Shown: positions 50,139 to 59,728, counted from the stretch's first letter. The stretch is DNA of 64,000 nucleotides from Syntrophales bacterium (GCA_023230565.1 JALNXD010000002.1:16366-80365), one strand, 5' to 3'. Numbers and translations: made by a program. The notes: generated by a model not told the origin, from the letters alone.

Positions 50139-51224
50139 TCAGCGATATTTTTTTACTTTTTCTTCCCCTCCAAGAACTCTCAAGGCGCTCCTCGCAAGAG
50201 ATCGCATTTCATCCTCACCTGCAAAAATAAAAAGAGGTGCAATGAATTCCACGTCACGCCGTATCCATCTCACAAGCATCTTTGAATGGGCCAATCCACC
50301 TGTTAATACTATCGCGTCTACATCACCTTTAAGAACAGTGCTCATTGCCCCTATTTCCTTGGATATCTGATAAGCCATCGCACGATAGACCAATCTGGCT
50401 TTCCGGTCACCTCCCCGGATCATAGATTCGACTTTTTCCGCCGATGCCGTTCCTAAATATGAAACCAGCCCGCCGGTGCCTGTTAATTTGGCTTTAAGCC
50501 TGTCCGTATCCAGTTGCTCCGAAATTGTCAGGTCTATCAGATCCAACACGGGAAGGGTTCCGGAACGTTCAGGAGTAAAAGGCCCTTCATTCAAACCATG
50601 ATTGCTGTCAATTACATGCCCATTTTTGTGAGCGCCCACAGTGATACCACCTCCCAGGTGCGCTATCACCAAATTAACAGCATCATATGGCTTTTCCATG
50701 CGTTCAGCAGCCAGTCTGCCTGCGGCTTTCTGATTGAGAGCGTGAAGCGCGCTTCTGCGTTCGATACCGGAAAGACCCGATATTCTCGCAATCGGTGCAA
50801 ATTCATCGGTACTTGGAGGATCGGCGACGATTGCTTTTATTCCACGGCTCTTTGCAAAAGCAAGGGCAATTAGAGGCCCAAGCGCTGAGGCGTGAGAACC
50901 GTAACGCGCCATGCGAAGGTCCTCACACATTCTCTTATTGATTTCATAAACCCCCGCGGGTCCGGGTCGCATGAGTCCGCCTCTGCTCACTACTATATTG
51001 ATCCGTCTGCCGGAAAACTCCTGAGCCTCGGCAAAATGCAAAAAATCCTTCCAGCGAATCTCGTATTGGCTGGCCAAATCTAAAGATTTCTGCCAGGTTA
51101 CAGATTCATAATTCACTTTTTTCTCTGCAATCGTTTTGGAACCTTCATAAAAAGATAGTTTTGTGGAGGTAGAACCGATATTGACAACAAGAATGCCCGG
51201 ACTGATCTTCTCACTACGTATCAT
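50139..51224 (-). CDS. buk: butyrate kinase (acetate/butyrate kinase family)
   Basis: ILVVNIGSTSTKLSFYEG N-terminal ATP-binding motif and AHLGGGITVGAH. The ATG at 51224 is preferred over the TTG at 51257. Confidence 0.85.
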   Translation of the reverse strand: MIRSEKISPGILVVNIGSTSTKLSFYEGSKTIAEKKVNYESVTWQKSLDLASQYEIRWKDFLHFAEAQEFSGRRINIVVSRGGLMRPGPAGVYEINKRMCEDLRMARYGSHASALGPLIALAFAKSRGIKAIVADPPSTDEFAPIARISGLSGIERRSALHALNQKAAGRLAAERMEKPYDAVNLVIAHLGGGITVGAHKNGHVIDSNHGLNEGPFTPERSGTLPVLDLIDLTISEQLDTDRLKAKLTGTGGLVSYLGTASAEKVESMIRGGDRKARLVYRAMAYQISKEIGAMSTVLKGDVDAIVLTGGLAHSKMLVRWIRRDVEFIAPLFIFAGEDEMRSLARSALRVLGGEEKVKKYR

Positions 51225-52128
51225 GGCCACTTTCACATAAGAGAGATGCGAGAGCAAGCTCCGTCATAAATGAATCATCGGAAATAAAATTAACATCAAG
51301 AATTATTGGACAGATCGCTCCCACAAGTATTCCTGCAGTCGGAAACCGCCCTGCAAACGTCAGAAGTTGGGCCAGAGCATATCCCGATTCTATATCAGGC
51401 GTCATGTATATATGGCAATGCCCTGCAACGTGTGTCCGGACACCTTTCCGGAGCGCCGCATTAAGATCAAGGGCGCAATCGATATCAATTGGTCCCTCAA
51501 CGCAGGTTCGTCCCCAACGCCCTCTCCCGGACATCTTGGACAGAACTGCAGCATCAAGTGTCGATGGAATCTGAGTATTCACCTGTTCAATTGAGGTCAA
51601 AGCCGCAATATTGGGATTCTCAATTTCCAGAACCGATGCAATTAAAAGAGCATTTTCGATTATCGAAATTTTTTCCGTAATATCTGGATAATTATTCAGA
51701 TAGCAATCCGTTACCATCATAAGACGCTTTTTCTCTGTTTGCTCAAAAAGCGCTACATAACTGGGGGCATGATTTGTTATCTTCAACGCTCCCGGTGAAA
51801 GTATGTAATCGACAAACAAAGCCTGGTCTATGATGCCTTGCACGATAATATCGGCTTTGCCTTCAATCACAAGATCAACAGCTGTCCTGAGTGCCGACAA
51901 CTCGCCTTTTGCTTCTATGAATTCTTTTTTAGCAGGCGATTGTGTTCGTGCCCATTGGTTCAACAACTTGCTGCTTCCGATAAAAACGGGACTAATGAAA
52001 CCGGCAAGACCTGCTTTTACAATCGCCGCCAGCTTTCTTTCTTGCGGCTGTAAAACAATTGCAACTTTTTTGCAGGATCTGTTCTTTGCTTTTTCGATTA
52101 CTTCGGCGAATGATGTCAACATATTCAA
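51214..52128 (-). CDS. ptb: phosphate butyryltransferase / phosphotransacylase (PTA_PTB family)
   Basis: 304 aa, a short Ptb-like length. It lies immediately upstream of buk and overlaps it. Confidence 0.82.
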   Translation of the reverse strand: MNMLTSFAEVIEKAKNRSCKKVAIVLQPQERKLAAIVKAGLAGFISPVFIGSSKLLNQWARTQSPAKKEFIEAKGELSALRTAVDLVIEGKADIIVQGIIDQALFVDYILSPGALKITNHAPSYVALFEQTEKKRLMMVTDCYLNNYPDITEKISIIENALLIASVLEIENPNIAALTSIEQVNTQIPSTLDAAVLSKMSGRGRWGRTCVEGPIDIDCALDLNAALRKGVRTHVAGHCHIYMTPDIESGYALAQLLTFAGRFPTAGILVGAICPIILDVNFISDDSFMTELALASLLCESGHDT

Positions 52129-52168
52129 GTCACGCGGCCGGGGTCAGGTTGAAGGTAGAGAACCTCAT

Positions 52169-52744
52169 TTATGAGGTACACACAATATTCTCCAAATCAT
52201 CCCTGCAATTCAGATTTAAAAACATTTTTCCCTCTTCATCAAATGAACGGATAATAGAGTCCGGAATTTCTATATATTTACAGTGCTTATAAAATCCTCT
52301 GATCTTCAATAGATCCTTTTCGATGAGCTTTTTGATCGGATGTAGACATCTTTTAGAGTAGACTGCATGAAGCGGTTGAATACCGTCAGCCGGAGAGGGA
52401 ACAAGAATATCATAGTTCTTCTCATGTTTTTTCATGTAAAGGATAAATTCACTATTAAGAAAAGGCATATCGCAGGATGTGACAAAGGCAAAACCGAAAG
52501 AAGAAAAAAACAGTCCCGTATACAACCCTCCAAGAGGTCCTTTGCCGGGGAAAATATCGGTTGCTATTTTGACATCAAATTCAAGATAGGCAAGCGGATC
52601 ATTGGTTACTATGATGGTTTCCTTAAAAATTTTCCGGAAAATGCCGACTGTTCTTTCTATTATACGCTCTCCCCTTACTTTAAGAAAGGCCTTATTCTCC
52701 CCCATCCGAAAGTTCTTTCCCCCGGAAAGTATTATTCCGGTCAT
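52169..52744 (-). CDS. mobA: molybdenum cofactor guanylyltransferase
   Basis: GIILSGGKNFRMGENKAFL N-terminal motif. The ATG at 52744 is preferred over the TTG at 52771. Confidence 0.85.
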   Translation of the reverse strand: MTGIILSGGKNFRMGENKAFLKVRGERIIERTVGIFRKIFKETIIVTNDPLAYLEFDVKIATDIFPGKGPLGGLYTGLFFSSFGFAFVTSCDMPFLNSEFILYMKKHEKNYDILVPSPADGIQPLHAVYSKRCLHPIKKLIEKDLLKIRGFYKHCKYIEIPDSIIRSFDEEGKMFLNLNCRDDLENIVCTS

Positions 52745-53119
52745 TGAGGTATTTCCATCTATCGTATGCAAAAGCTTAAAATCTCCTCGAAGACATCAGG
52801 GGCATATGATTCATTTCGGAAGCACCTGCCGAGATGTCAAGAACCGCAGATATCGGCATTACATTTAACTGTCTTTTTTAAAATGAAAAATCCCGGAGAT
52901 CGCCATCTGTCATCACCCCTGCCGCAATTGATTTGGGCTTCTCCACCCGAAAATTCTATGATTTCAATAATGGCTTCTCTAAGAGAAGCAGTAATATGAT
53001 CGTATACGCCGTTTTTCTTATGCCGCTCATAGTATAAACGAGAATAACCGTTCAGTAATTCCTGAAATTCTATACATTAAGAGCCTTATCAATGTCAATC
53101 TCTCCTTTTACTGAAGTGT

Positions 53120-54691
53120 ATGCATGGGAAAACCCTTTCTTCAAAAAAGCAACTCCTTTCTTTTTTAACTCACATGTGTTTATATAAGCAAAAAAATATC
53201 ACAGAGGATATTTTGAAACCTGTGGAGAAAAAAATTATAAATCGGAACAGTTTCTCCAAAGAAGATCTTTACAGAATTCTGGCCAATAAATCCCAGGTCG
53301 GAGTGTATATTATGCAGGACAAGAGATTCAAATTTGTAAATCCGCACATTCTGGATTACACCGGCTATTCCGAAAGTGACATCAAGGCCCTGGATCCATC
53401 ATGCATAATTTATCCGCCCGATCGGCGAATGACCAGAAAATACGCAGTGCAAATGCTGAAAGAACAAAGATTTTCCCCGTATGAATTCAGAATCATTACC
53501 TCCGATGGCCGCACGAAGTGGATTATGGAAACGATTACATCCATATCCTTTCAAGGCCAGCGAGCTATCCTCGGAAATTCACTTGATATAACGGAGCAAA
53601 AAGAAGGCCGCAAACGCCTCGAAGAACTTGAGGCTCTTGAATCTTCCATTCTGGATGCCATTCCTCAGGCAGTCGTGGGACTTCAGAACCGTTATATAAA
53701 CTTTGCAAATAATGCAGTACGGGATATATTCGGCTGGAACCGAGAAGAGCTCATAGGGAAACATGTATCCATCTTCTACCATACTAAAGAAGCTTCAAGA
53801 AATATAGGAGATCTCTTCTATTCAACATTGGAAAGCCAGCGGACATTTATTACCGAATTTCCCTGTATCCGAAAGGATGGAAAAGAAATCCTCTGCAGAA
53901 TGAAAGCATCGCGTATAGGAGAGAAACTCAGAGAACGCCGTATAGTGGTTACCTACGAAGACATTACCGAGAAAAAGAAAGCAGAAGAAGAACTCGAAAG
54001 GTCTCATGAGGAACTGAGAAATCTTTCAGCTCATCTTCAATCTGTCCGGGAAAAGGAAAGCACGCGTATTGCCCGCAGGATCCATGATGAACTGGGACAA
54101 TCTCTCACGGCACTCAAAATGGATCTTTCCTGGCTTGAAAGCAGACTGCCAAAGAAGCTGGAAATTCTCAAGGGAAAAGCAAAAAAAATGGCTTCTCTTG
54201 TAGATACCACAATCGAGAGCGTTCACCGGATATCTACTGAATTGAGACCTATACTGCTTGACGATCTCGGCCTGCTCGCAGCGATCGAGTGGCAGGCGGA
54301 GGAATTTGAAAACCGGTCGGGCATTCCCTGTGATGTCACGTTCAAATGCAATGATATCTCTATTGATAAAGAAATAGCCACTGCACTCTTTAGGATTTTT
54401 CAGGAAACACTTACCAATATCGCGCGCCATGCAGGTGCTGACAGAATCAGCGTTACTCTGAGGAAAACAGAAAAAGATCTTGTTATGGAAGTCGCTGACA
54501 ACGGTCAGGGCATTACGCATGAGCAAATTGAAGATCCTCGGTCATTTGGAATTATGGGAATGAGGGAAAGGGCATCTCTTCTCGGAGGCACCGTATACTT
54601 GACAGGAGAACATTTAAAAGGAACTCGCGTAACCGTAATTATCCCTGTTCCGGAAGGAGAAAAAGATGATTCGAATTCTTGTCGCCGATGA
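53120..54691 (+). CDS. PAS-PAS sensor histidine kinase (HisKA_3 / NarX-DegS type)
   Basis: Two PAS-like modules, a coiled linker, H-box RRIHDELGQSLTALK, and an HATPase region (DNGQGI, GIMGMRERA). Confidence 0.86.
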   Translation: MHGKTLSSKKQLLSFLTHMCLYKQKNITEDILKPVEKKIINRNSFSKEDLYRILANKSQVGVYIMQDKRFKFVNPHILDYTGYSESDIKALDPSCIIYPPDRRMTRKYAVQMLKEQRFSPYEFRIITSDGRTKWIMETITSISFQGQRAILGNSLDITEQKEGRKRLEELEALESSILDAIPQAVVGLQNRYINFANNAVRDIFGWNREELIGKHVSIFYHTKEASRNIGDLFYSTLESQRTFITEFPCIRKDGKEILCRMKASRIGEKLRERRIVVTYEDITEKKKAEEELERSHEELRNLSAHLQSVREKESTRIARRIHDELGQSLTALKMDLSWLESRLPKKLEILKGKAKKMASLVDTTIESVHRISTELRPILLDDLGLLAAIEWQAEEFENRSGIPCDVTFKCNDISIDKEIATALFRIFQETLTNIARHAGADRISVTLRKTEKDLVMEVADNGQGITHEQIEDPRSFGIMGMRERASLLGGTVYLTGEHLKGTRVTVIIPVPEGEKDDSNSCRR

Positions 54692-55295
54692 TCACGCCGT
54701 CGTTCGTGAAGGGGTAAAGCAGATCATTGCCGACGTCCGTGATATGGAAGTGAAGGATGAAGCAGTCAACGGGCAGGAAACGCTCAATAAGATAATGAAA
54801 AATCAGTATGATGTGATACTTCTCGATATATCGATGCCTGGAAGGAGTGGCCTGGAAATATTGGAAGAAATAAAATCTCAGCAGCCAAAGTTGCCTGTTC
54901 TTATATTAAGTATGCACCCTGAGGAACAATATGCCATCAGAGCATTGAGAGCAGGAGCATCGGGATACCTGACCAAGGCGAGCGCTCCCCAGGAACTGAT
55001 TGGCGCAATAAGAAAAGCTGCTATAGGCGGGAAATATGTTACTTCATCTCTTGCAGAAAAACTGGCTCTGGAACTTGATTTAGGAACTCACAAACCCCGC
55101 CACGAATTACTGTCAAACCGTGAATATCAGGTTATGCTAATGCTGGCGCAAGGAAAATCCGTGACGGAAATTGCATCTGATTTGTACCTGAGTGTCAAAA
55201 CTATCAGCACCTATCGAAGCCGGATTATGGAAAAAATGAATATGAGAAAAAACGCCGAACTGACTCTTTACGCAGTAGAAAGCAAGCTGCTGTAA
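54666..55295 (+). CDS. NarL/FixJ-family response regulator (REC + LuxR HTH)
   Basis: IRILVADDHAVVREG...ILLDISMPG, and LSNREYQVMLMLAQGKSVTEIASDLYLSVKTISTYRSRIMEKM. Confidence 0.92.
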   Translation: MIRILVADDHAVVREGVKQIIADVRDMEVKDEAVNGQETLNKIMKNQYDVILLDISMPGRSGLEILEEIKSQQPKLPVLILSMHPEEQYAIRALRAGASGYLTKASAPQELIGAIRKAAIGGKYVTSSLAEKLALELDLGTHKPRHELLSNREYQVMLMLAQGKSVTEIASDLYLSVKTISTYRSRIMEKMNMRKNAELTLYAVESKLL

Positions 55296-55531
55296 AATTT
55301 TTGTACTCCTTTCACTGCATAATGCCCTCCTTTTGCGGCCAATTCCTGCAATTCATTTTGTAAGATAAATACCTTCAAAATCATAGCCGGCACTCCGACA
55401 TAAGAAAGAGATACCGCCTGATACAACGTTATATGTACGTGTGGTATTTGCCTTACAATGCTTATTTCAAGCAGAAAACATCAATACCGGTCTTGGGGGC
55501 GGAAGACGGCACACTATAAAGGGGCAGCACG

Positions 55532-58204
55532 ATGGCAAGCGGCGATATGATAAAAAAATTGCAGGGTGCGAAAATCTGCGTCTTTTCCGCCGAAAAGAAA
55601 AAAAGGGTGGATATCGGAGAAACCGAAAGGGAAATTTTATGCCGGGCTATTCATGAAAACCGCAGTTATTTAATGGAAAATGAATGCAAGGAAATCCTCG
55701 AAGGACTGGGAATTACAACAACGGGATTCCTTGTCGCTGCCACTGAAGATGACGCGGTAGCGATAAGCAGGCGAATTGGATATCCTGTGGTTTTAAAAAT
55801 ACTGTCACCTGACGTGATCCATAAATCAGACGCAGGTGGAGTCCGGCTGAATCTGACGGGGGATGAAGCGGTTCGTGCAGCCTACAGGCAGATGATCGAA
55901 AATTTCAGATTCCGTCATATTATCGGAGTTTCTGTACAAAAAATGGCGGAACAAGGCCTGGAAGCTATTGTAGGGGTCATAAGAGACCCTTCTTTCGGGC
56001 CAGTATTGATGTTTGGCTTAGGAGGGATATTCGTCGAAGTGCTCAGAGATGTTTCTTTCAGGGTACTTCCCGTAAATGAAAAAGATGCAGACGAAATGAT
56101 AAAGGAAATCAAGGGGTATGGACTTCTGAAAGGATACCGGGGACATTGTGCAGATATAAATGCACTGATTGACCTGTTGTGCAAGATTTCCCTTCTTGTT
56201 ACCTCCCATCCGGAAATAAGGGAGCTGGATTTGAATCCGGTTTTACTCTATCCGAAAGGCTACATGGTCGCTGATGCACGGATTTTTGTCGAGGAGGTTT
56301 CAGCGAAAAGATCGAAAGAAAGAGAAAAAAAGGATCTTCATGATTTCTTTTACCCTGAAAGTATTGCAGTAATCGGCGCCACAGATTCGAAAAACAAATT
56401 GGGGCACAACGTGTTCCATAACCTCGTATCTCATGACTTTAAAGGAAAGCTTTATCCTGTAAATCCGGCAAAACAATCAATACTCGGCTATACCGCGTAT
56501 CCGTCAATCAAAGAAGTGAAAAATTCAATAGATGTAGCTATAATAATTGTTCCGGTTAAAGCGGCAATCAAGGCAGTTGAAGATTGCTGTGCCAAGGGAG
56601 TCTCCTACATAATCATGGAAACAGCCGGTTTTGCAGAAACAGGTGAAGAGGGGAAAAAAGTCCAGTCACAAATAGAAGAAATAATACGAACCAAAGAATG
56701 CCGTATTCTCGGCCCCAATTGCTCGGGTATAATAAATACGCACCATAATATGGTACAGTCCTTGGGAATACTTGAAGATCTCAAGAAAGGAAACATCGGA
56801 TTGATTGCACAGGCTGGAGTGTATGCCGCCGGTATTCTGACGGGACTTCGTCATATCATAAATTTCGGAATTGTAGCAACTATCGGAAACAAAATGGATA
56901 TCAATGAAACTGATATTCTTGAATACCTGGGTGAAGACAAAAATATCGGTGTGATTGGCATGTATATGGAAGATGTAAAAAGCGGCAAACGGTTTCTAGA
57001 GGTAGCGAGCCGGGTAGCCGTCAAAAAGCCTGTCATCGTTCTCAAGGCCGGCAAAACGGAGGCTGGAAGAAAGGCAGTTTCATCGCATACGGCATCCCTG
57101 GCGGGAAATGAAGAGATAAATGGTGCCGCTTTCAAGCAGAGCGGATTGATAAGAGCAAGGGACAATGAACATCTATTTTCTTTACTGAGAGCTTTTTCCA
57201 AGCAGCCCCTCCCGCGCAGTAACGGTGTGATGGTGATTACCTATACCGGTTCACTGGGTGTTGCGGCCACTGATATGATGTACCTGAATAATTTAAGATT
57301 GGGAGCTCTGGAACCTTATCTTAGGAATAAATTAAAAAATGTGCTTCCCTCGTATCTCAATATTGGAAATCCGGTAGATTGTTCGTTCAGCATGGACCCG
57401 GAGCAGGTCAAGACACTGATTGAAATAGGGATCGAAAGCGCCGAGATAGATAGTTTTATTGTTATTATCCAAGGCGAAATGCTTGCCTCTTTTGTGGATA
57501 CCCTTAAAAGTATAAACTATAAAGGCAAACCGATTGTCTGCTGCGTCGCCTGCAAGGAATTCATGATGGATAATGTGATAAAAATGGAACAAAATGGGAT
57601 TCCGGTGTATTCTACGTCTGAAATGGCTGCTGAAGTTCTGGGTGAAATGTATCGATATGGCCAAAGACAGCGCAAGACCCTTTCAGATTCAATTGCCTCC
57701 AACCTTCATGATGATGCAATTGTAATCGATAATACCTTACTGCGGCTGCGTCTTATTAACCAAAGCGATATTCAATCATGGACGGATTTTGTCAATAGTT
57801 GTTCCCCCCAGTCTCTCTGGATGCGTTTTCTTTCTCCCTTTATTCCCACTCCCCAGAGAGCGGAGAAATTCTGTAATGTTGATCCTAATCATGAAATCGC
57901 GGTAGTCGCAGAAATGACGAAGGATGATCATAAAAAATTAGTTGGCATTGCGCGTCTTCTGAAAGATGTTCACCGTCATGAAGCCGATTACGCTTTGATC
58001 ATATCTGATCCTTGGCAGAAAAAAATGCTGGGATGCCTCATGTCTGAACGATGCATCGAGCTGGCAAAAAACTGGGGGGTTAAGAAGATAAAAGCAGAAA
58101 CGATCCAGCAGAACTTCCCCATGCTCCGTGTTCTGAAGCACTGCAATTTTGCACTCGAACACAAGGATGGCAATATGATTTTTATGTCGCGTGATTTGCA
58201 ATGA
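55532..58204 (+). CDS. ADP-forming acyl-CoA synthetase-like protein fused to a C-terminal GNAT acetyltransferase (Pat-like), with the ATP-grasp domain first
   Basis: N-terminal ATP-grasp region (ENECKEILEGLGI...YPVVLKILSPDVIHKSDAGGVRLNL). Then a CoA-binding/ligase region (ESIAVIGATDS...GPNCSGIIN...SSHTASLAGNE). Then a GNAT-like tail (…IAVVAEM…LVGIARLL…). Confidence 0.82.
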   Translation: MASGDMIKKLQGAKICVFSAEKKKRVDIGETEREILCRAIHENRSYLMENECKEILEGLGITTTGFLVAATEDDAVAISRRIGYPVVLKILSPDVIHKSDAGGVRLNLTGDEAVRAAYRQMIENFRFRHIIGVSVQKMAEQGLEAIVGVIRDPSFGPVLMFGLGGIFVEVLRDVSFRVLPVNEKDADEMIKEIKGYGLLKGYRGHCADINALIDLLCKISLLVTSHPEIRELDLNPVLLYPKGYMVADARIFVEEVSAKRSKEREKKDLHDFFYPESIAVIGATDSKNKLGHNVFHNLVSHDFKGKLYPVNPAKQSILGYTAYPSIKEVKNSIDVAIIIVPVKAAIKAVEDCCAKGVSYIIMETAGFAETGEEGKKVQSQIEEIIRTKECRILGPNCSGIINTHHNMVQSLGILEDLKKGNIGLIAQAGVYAAGILTGLRHIINFGIVATIGNKMDINETDILEYLGEDKNIGVIGMYMEDVKSGKRFLEVASRVAVKKPVIVLKAGKTEAGRKAVSSHTASLAGNEEINGAAFKQSGLIRARDNEHLFSLLRAFSKQPLPRSNGVMVITYTGSLGVAATDMMYLNNLRLGALEPYLRNKLKNVLPSYLNIGNPVDCSFSMDPEQVKTLIEIGIESAEIDSFIVIIQGEMLASFVDTLKSINYKGKPIVCCVACKEFMMDNVIKMEQNGIPVYSTSEMAAEVLGEMYRYGQRQRKTLSDSIASNLHDDAIVIDNTLLRLRLINQSDIQSWTDFVNSCSPQSLWMRFLSPFIPTPQRAEKFCNVDPNHEIAVVAEMTKDDHKKLVGIARLLKDVHRHEADYALIISDPWQKKMLGCLMSERCIELAKNWGVKKIKAETIQQNFPMLRVLKHCNFALEHKDGNMIFMSRDLQ

Positions 58205-58262
58205 TTCACAATTTCCGCTGCGGGAGATTCGCCCATCGATCATGTGATCGACTTCTCCCCGG

Positions 58263-58308
58263 GAGGGAAGCTGAGGCCTCGGAGACCACGGTTTCCCTCT
58301 CTTTTTTT
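58263..58308 (+). terminator. terminator-like hairpin after the ACD/GNAT gene
   Basis: GAGGGAA ... TTCCCTC (enclosing the GAGGCCTC palindrome) followed by TCTTTTTTT. Confidence 0.6.
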
Positions 58309-58440
58309 CATATAGCTACACAAAATATTGGAAAAATTGCTTGCGTAAAATGCCTGCCCATATTAGCATTCGAAAGTCTTATTATTTGTACTTCTCTTAA
58401 ACTGTGTGCGTCAATTGAATGCTGAAGGGGGGAACCTGAT

Positions 58441-59253
58441 ATGGCATATTCGACTATCTTTGTGACAATCGATGACGGAATAGCAACAGTAACCTTGAAC
58501 CGGCCTGATGTCATGAATGCCTGGAACGCATCTATGGCCGCAGAAATCAGTGAAGCGTTTACCGTACTTAACAATGATGATACGATTCGTGCCATAGTCC
58601 TGACAGGAGCGGGATCCGCCTTTTGCGCCGGCTCCGATTTAAGCGGCAATAATGCTTTTAAGGCCGGGACACAGGATATGAAAGAGAAGCGAAAGGCTCT
58701 TGCCTTCCCTTCTATCATGCCCTGGGAACTCAGAAAACCGGTCCTTGCTGCAATCAACGGACATGCAATAGGCGTGGGAATCACATTTCCGATGTCTTGC
58801 GATATGAGATTTGTGGCAGAAGACGCAAAAATCCAATTTGCCTTTGTTCGCAGAGGTATAATTCCTGAATTGTCATCCCATGCACTCGTAGCAAGGATAG
58901 CCGGGTTCTCCGTCGCATCTGATCTGATGCTTACGGGAAGAATCATCCTGGGACGGGACTTTGCTCGCTTAGGGCTCGCCTCTGAAGCTCTGCCGGCAAC
59001 TGATGTACTGCCTGCGACAATTGCGCGGGCACGAGAATTTCACAAAGCTGCCCCTGTATCGGTAGCAATATCAAAAAAACTTTTGTGGGAAGGGCTCGAT
59101 ATGCCGGTTTCTGAAATTTATGAACGGGAATTCTCACTTTTCAGCTGGATATGCGAGCAACCTGATGCAACAGAAGGGGTAATGTCATTTCTTGAGAAAA
59201 GAGATCCTCTGTGGAGTATGAAAACATCGAGAGATCTTCCCGATCTTCTGTAA
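58441..59253 (+). CDS. enoyl-CoA hydratase/isomerase (crotonase) family protein
   Basis: VTLNRPDVMNAW...VLTGAGSAFCAGSDL...AAINGHAIGVG; 270 aa. Confidence 0.88.
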   Translation: MAYSTIFVTIDDGIATVTLNRPDVMNAWNASMAAEISEAFTVLNNDDTIRAIVLTGAGSAFCAGSDLSGNNAFKAGTQDMKEKRKALAFPSIMPWELRKPVLAAINGHAIGVGITFPMSCDMRFVAEDAKIQFAFVRRGIIPELSSHALVARIAGFSVASDLMLTGRIILGRDFARLGLASEALPATDVLPATIARAREFHKAAPVSVAISKKLLWEGLDMPVSEIYEREFSLFSWICEQPDATEGVMSFLEKRDPLWSMKTSRDLPDLL

Positions 59254-59317
59254 GAAAGATGATTCCCAATATCCAGATGAAAGTGCGTAAAGACACACTG
59301 CTGCTGCACGCAGGTTA

Positions 59318-59512
59318 TTATGTTTTTCCAGGCACAAAAATCCACAGGAGAATGTAGAGAACTACCCCGAAACCAAAGAATATCACACAGAGGCAAAAGG
59401 CAAGCCGCCACACCCAAGAAGGAAGCGGAGTATGTTCACCAAGCCCTCCGCAGACGCCTCCGATCCACCTGTCTTCACTGGATCTTGTAAGATTTCGAAG
59501 CCATTCAACCAT
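59318..59512 (-). CDS. PspC-domain small membrane protein
   Basis: LTRSSEDRWIGGVCGGLGEH...WRLAFCL...VVLYILLWIFVP matches the PspC domain pattern. Confidence 0.7.
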   Translation of the reverse strand: MVEWLRNLTRSSEDRWIGGVCGGLGEHTPLPSWVWRLAFCLCVIFFGFGVVLYILLWIFVPGKT

Positions 59513-59564
59513 GTTCGTCTACTGAATCCGAAGAGTTCAAAGCAACTAGTTGCCATCTAGAGGC

Positions 59565-59600
59565 AAAACTAAAACAGGGTTACAGTGCAGCCTGTAACCC
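59565..59600 (-). terminator. intrinsic terminator of tRNA-Val
   Basis: Minus strand reads GGGTTACAG-gctgca-CTGTAACCC followed by TGTTTTAGTTTT, about 10 nt after the tRNA 3' end. Confidence 0.72.
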
Positions 59601-59610
59601 CTTGAAATCA

Positions 59611-59685
59611 TGGTAGGCGGTACTGGATTTGAACCAGTGACTTCTACCGTGTGAAGGTAGCACTCTCCCGCTGAGTTAACCGCCC
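59611..59685 (-). tRNA. tRNA-Val (anticodon CAC), CCA encoded
   Basis: Manual cloverleaf: acceptor GGGCGGU/ACCGCCU, D arm ACUC-AGCGGGA-GAGU, anticodon arm CUACC-UUCACAC-GGUAG, variable AAGUC, T arm ACUGG-UUCAAAU-CCAGU, discriminator A, CCA. 75 nt in total. Confidence 0.93.
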
Positions 59686-59699
59686 CGATAAGGTCTGTG

Positions 59700-59728
59700 A
59701 CATTAGCGCAAAGCACCTATGATTGCAA
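59700..59728 (-). promoter_or_regulatory. sigma70-type promoter candidate for tRNA-Val
   Basis: Minus strand reads TTGCAA (59728-59723), 17-nt spacer, TAATGT (59705-59700), ending about 15 nt upstream of the mature tRNA 5' end. Confidence 0.5.
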
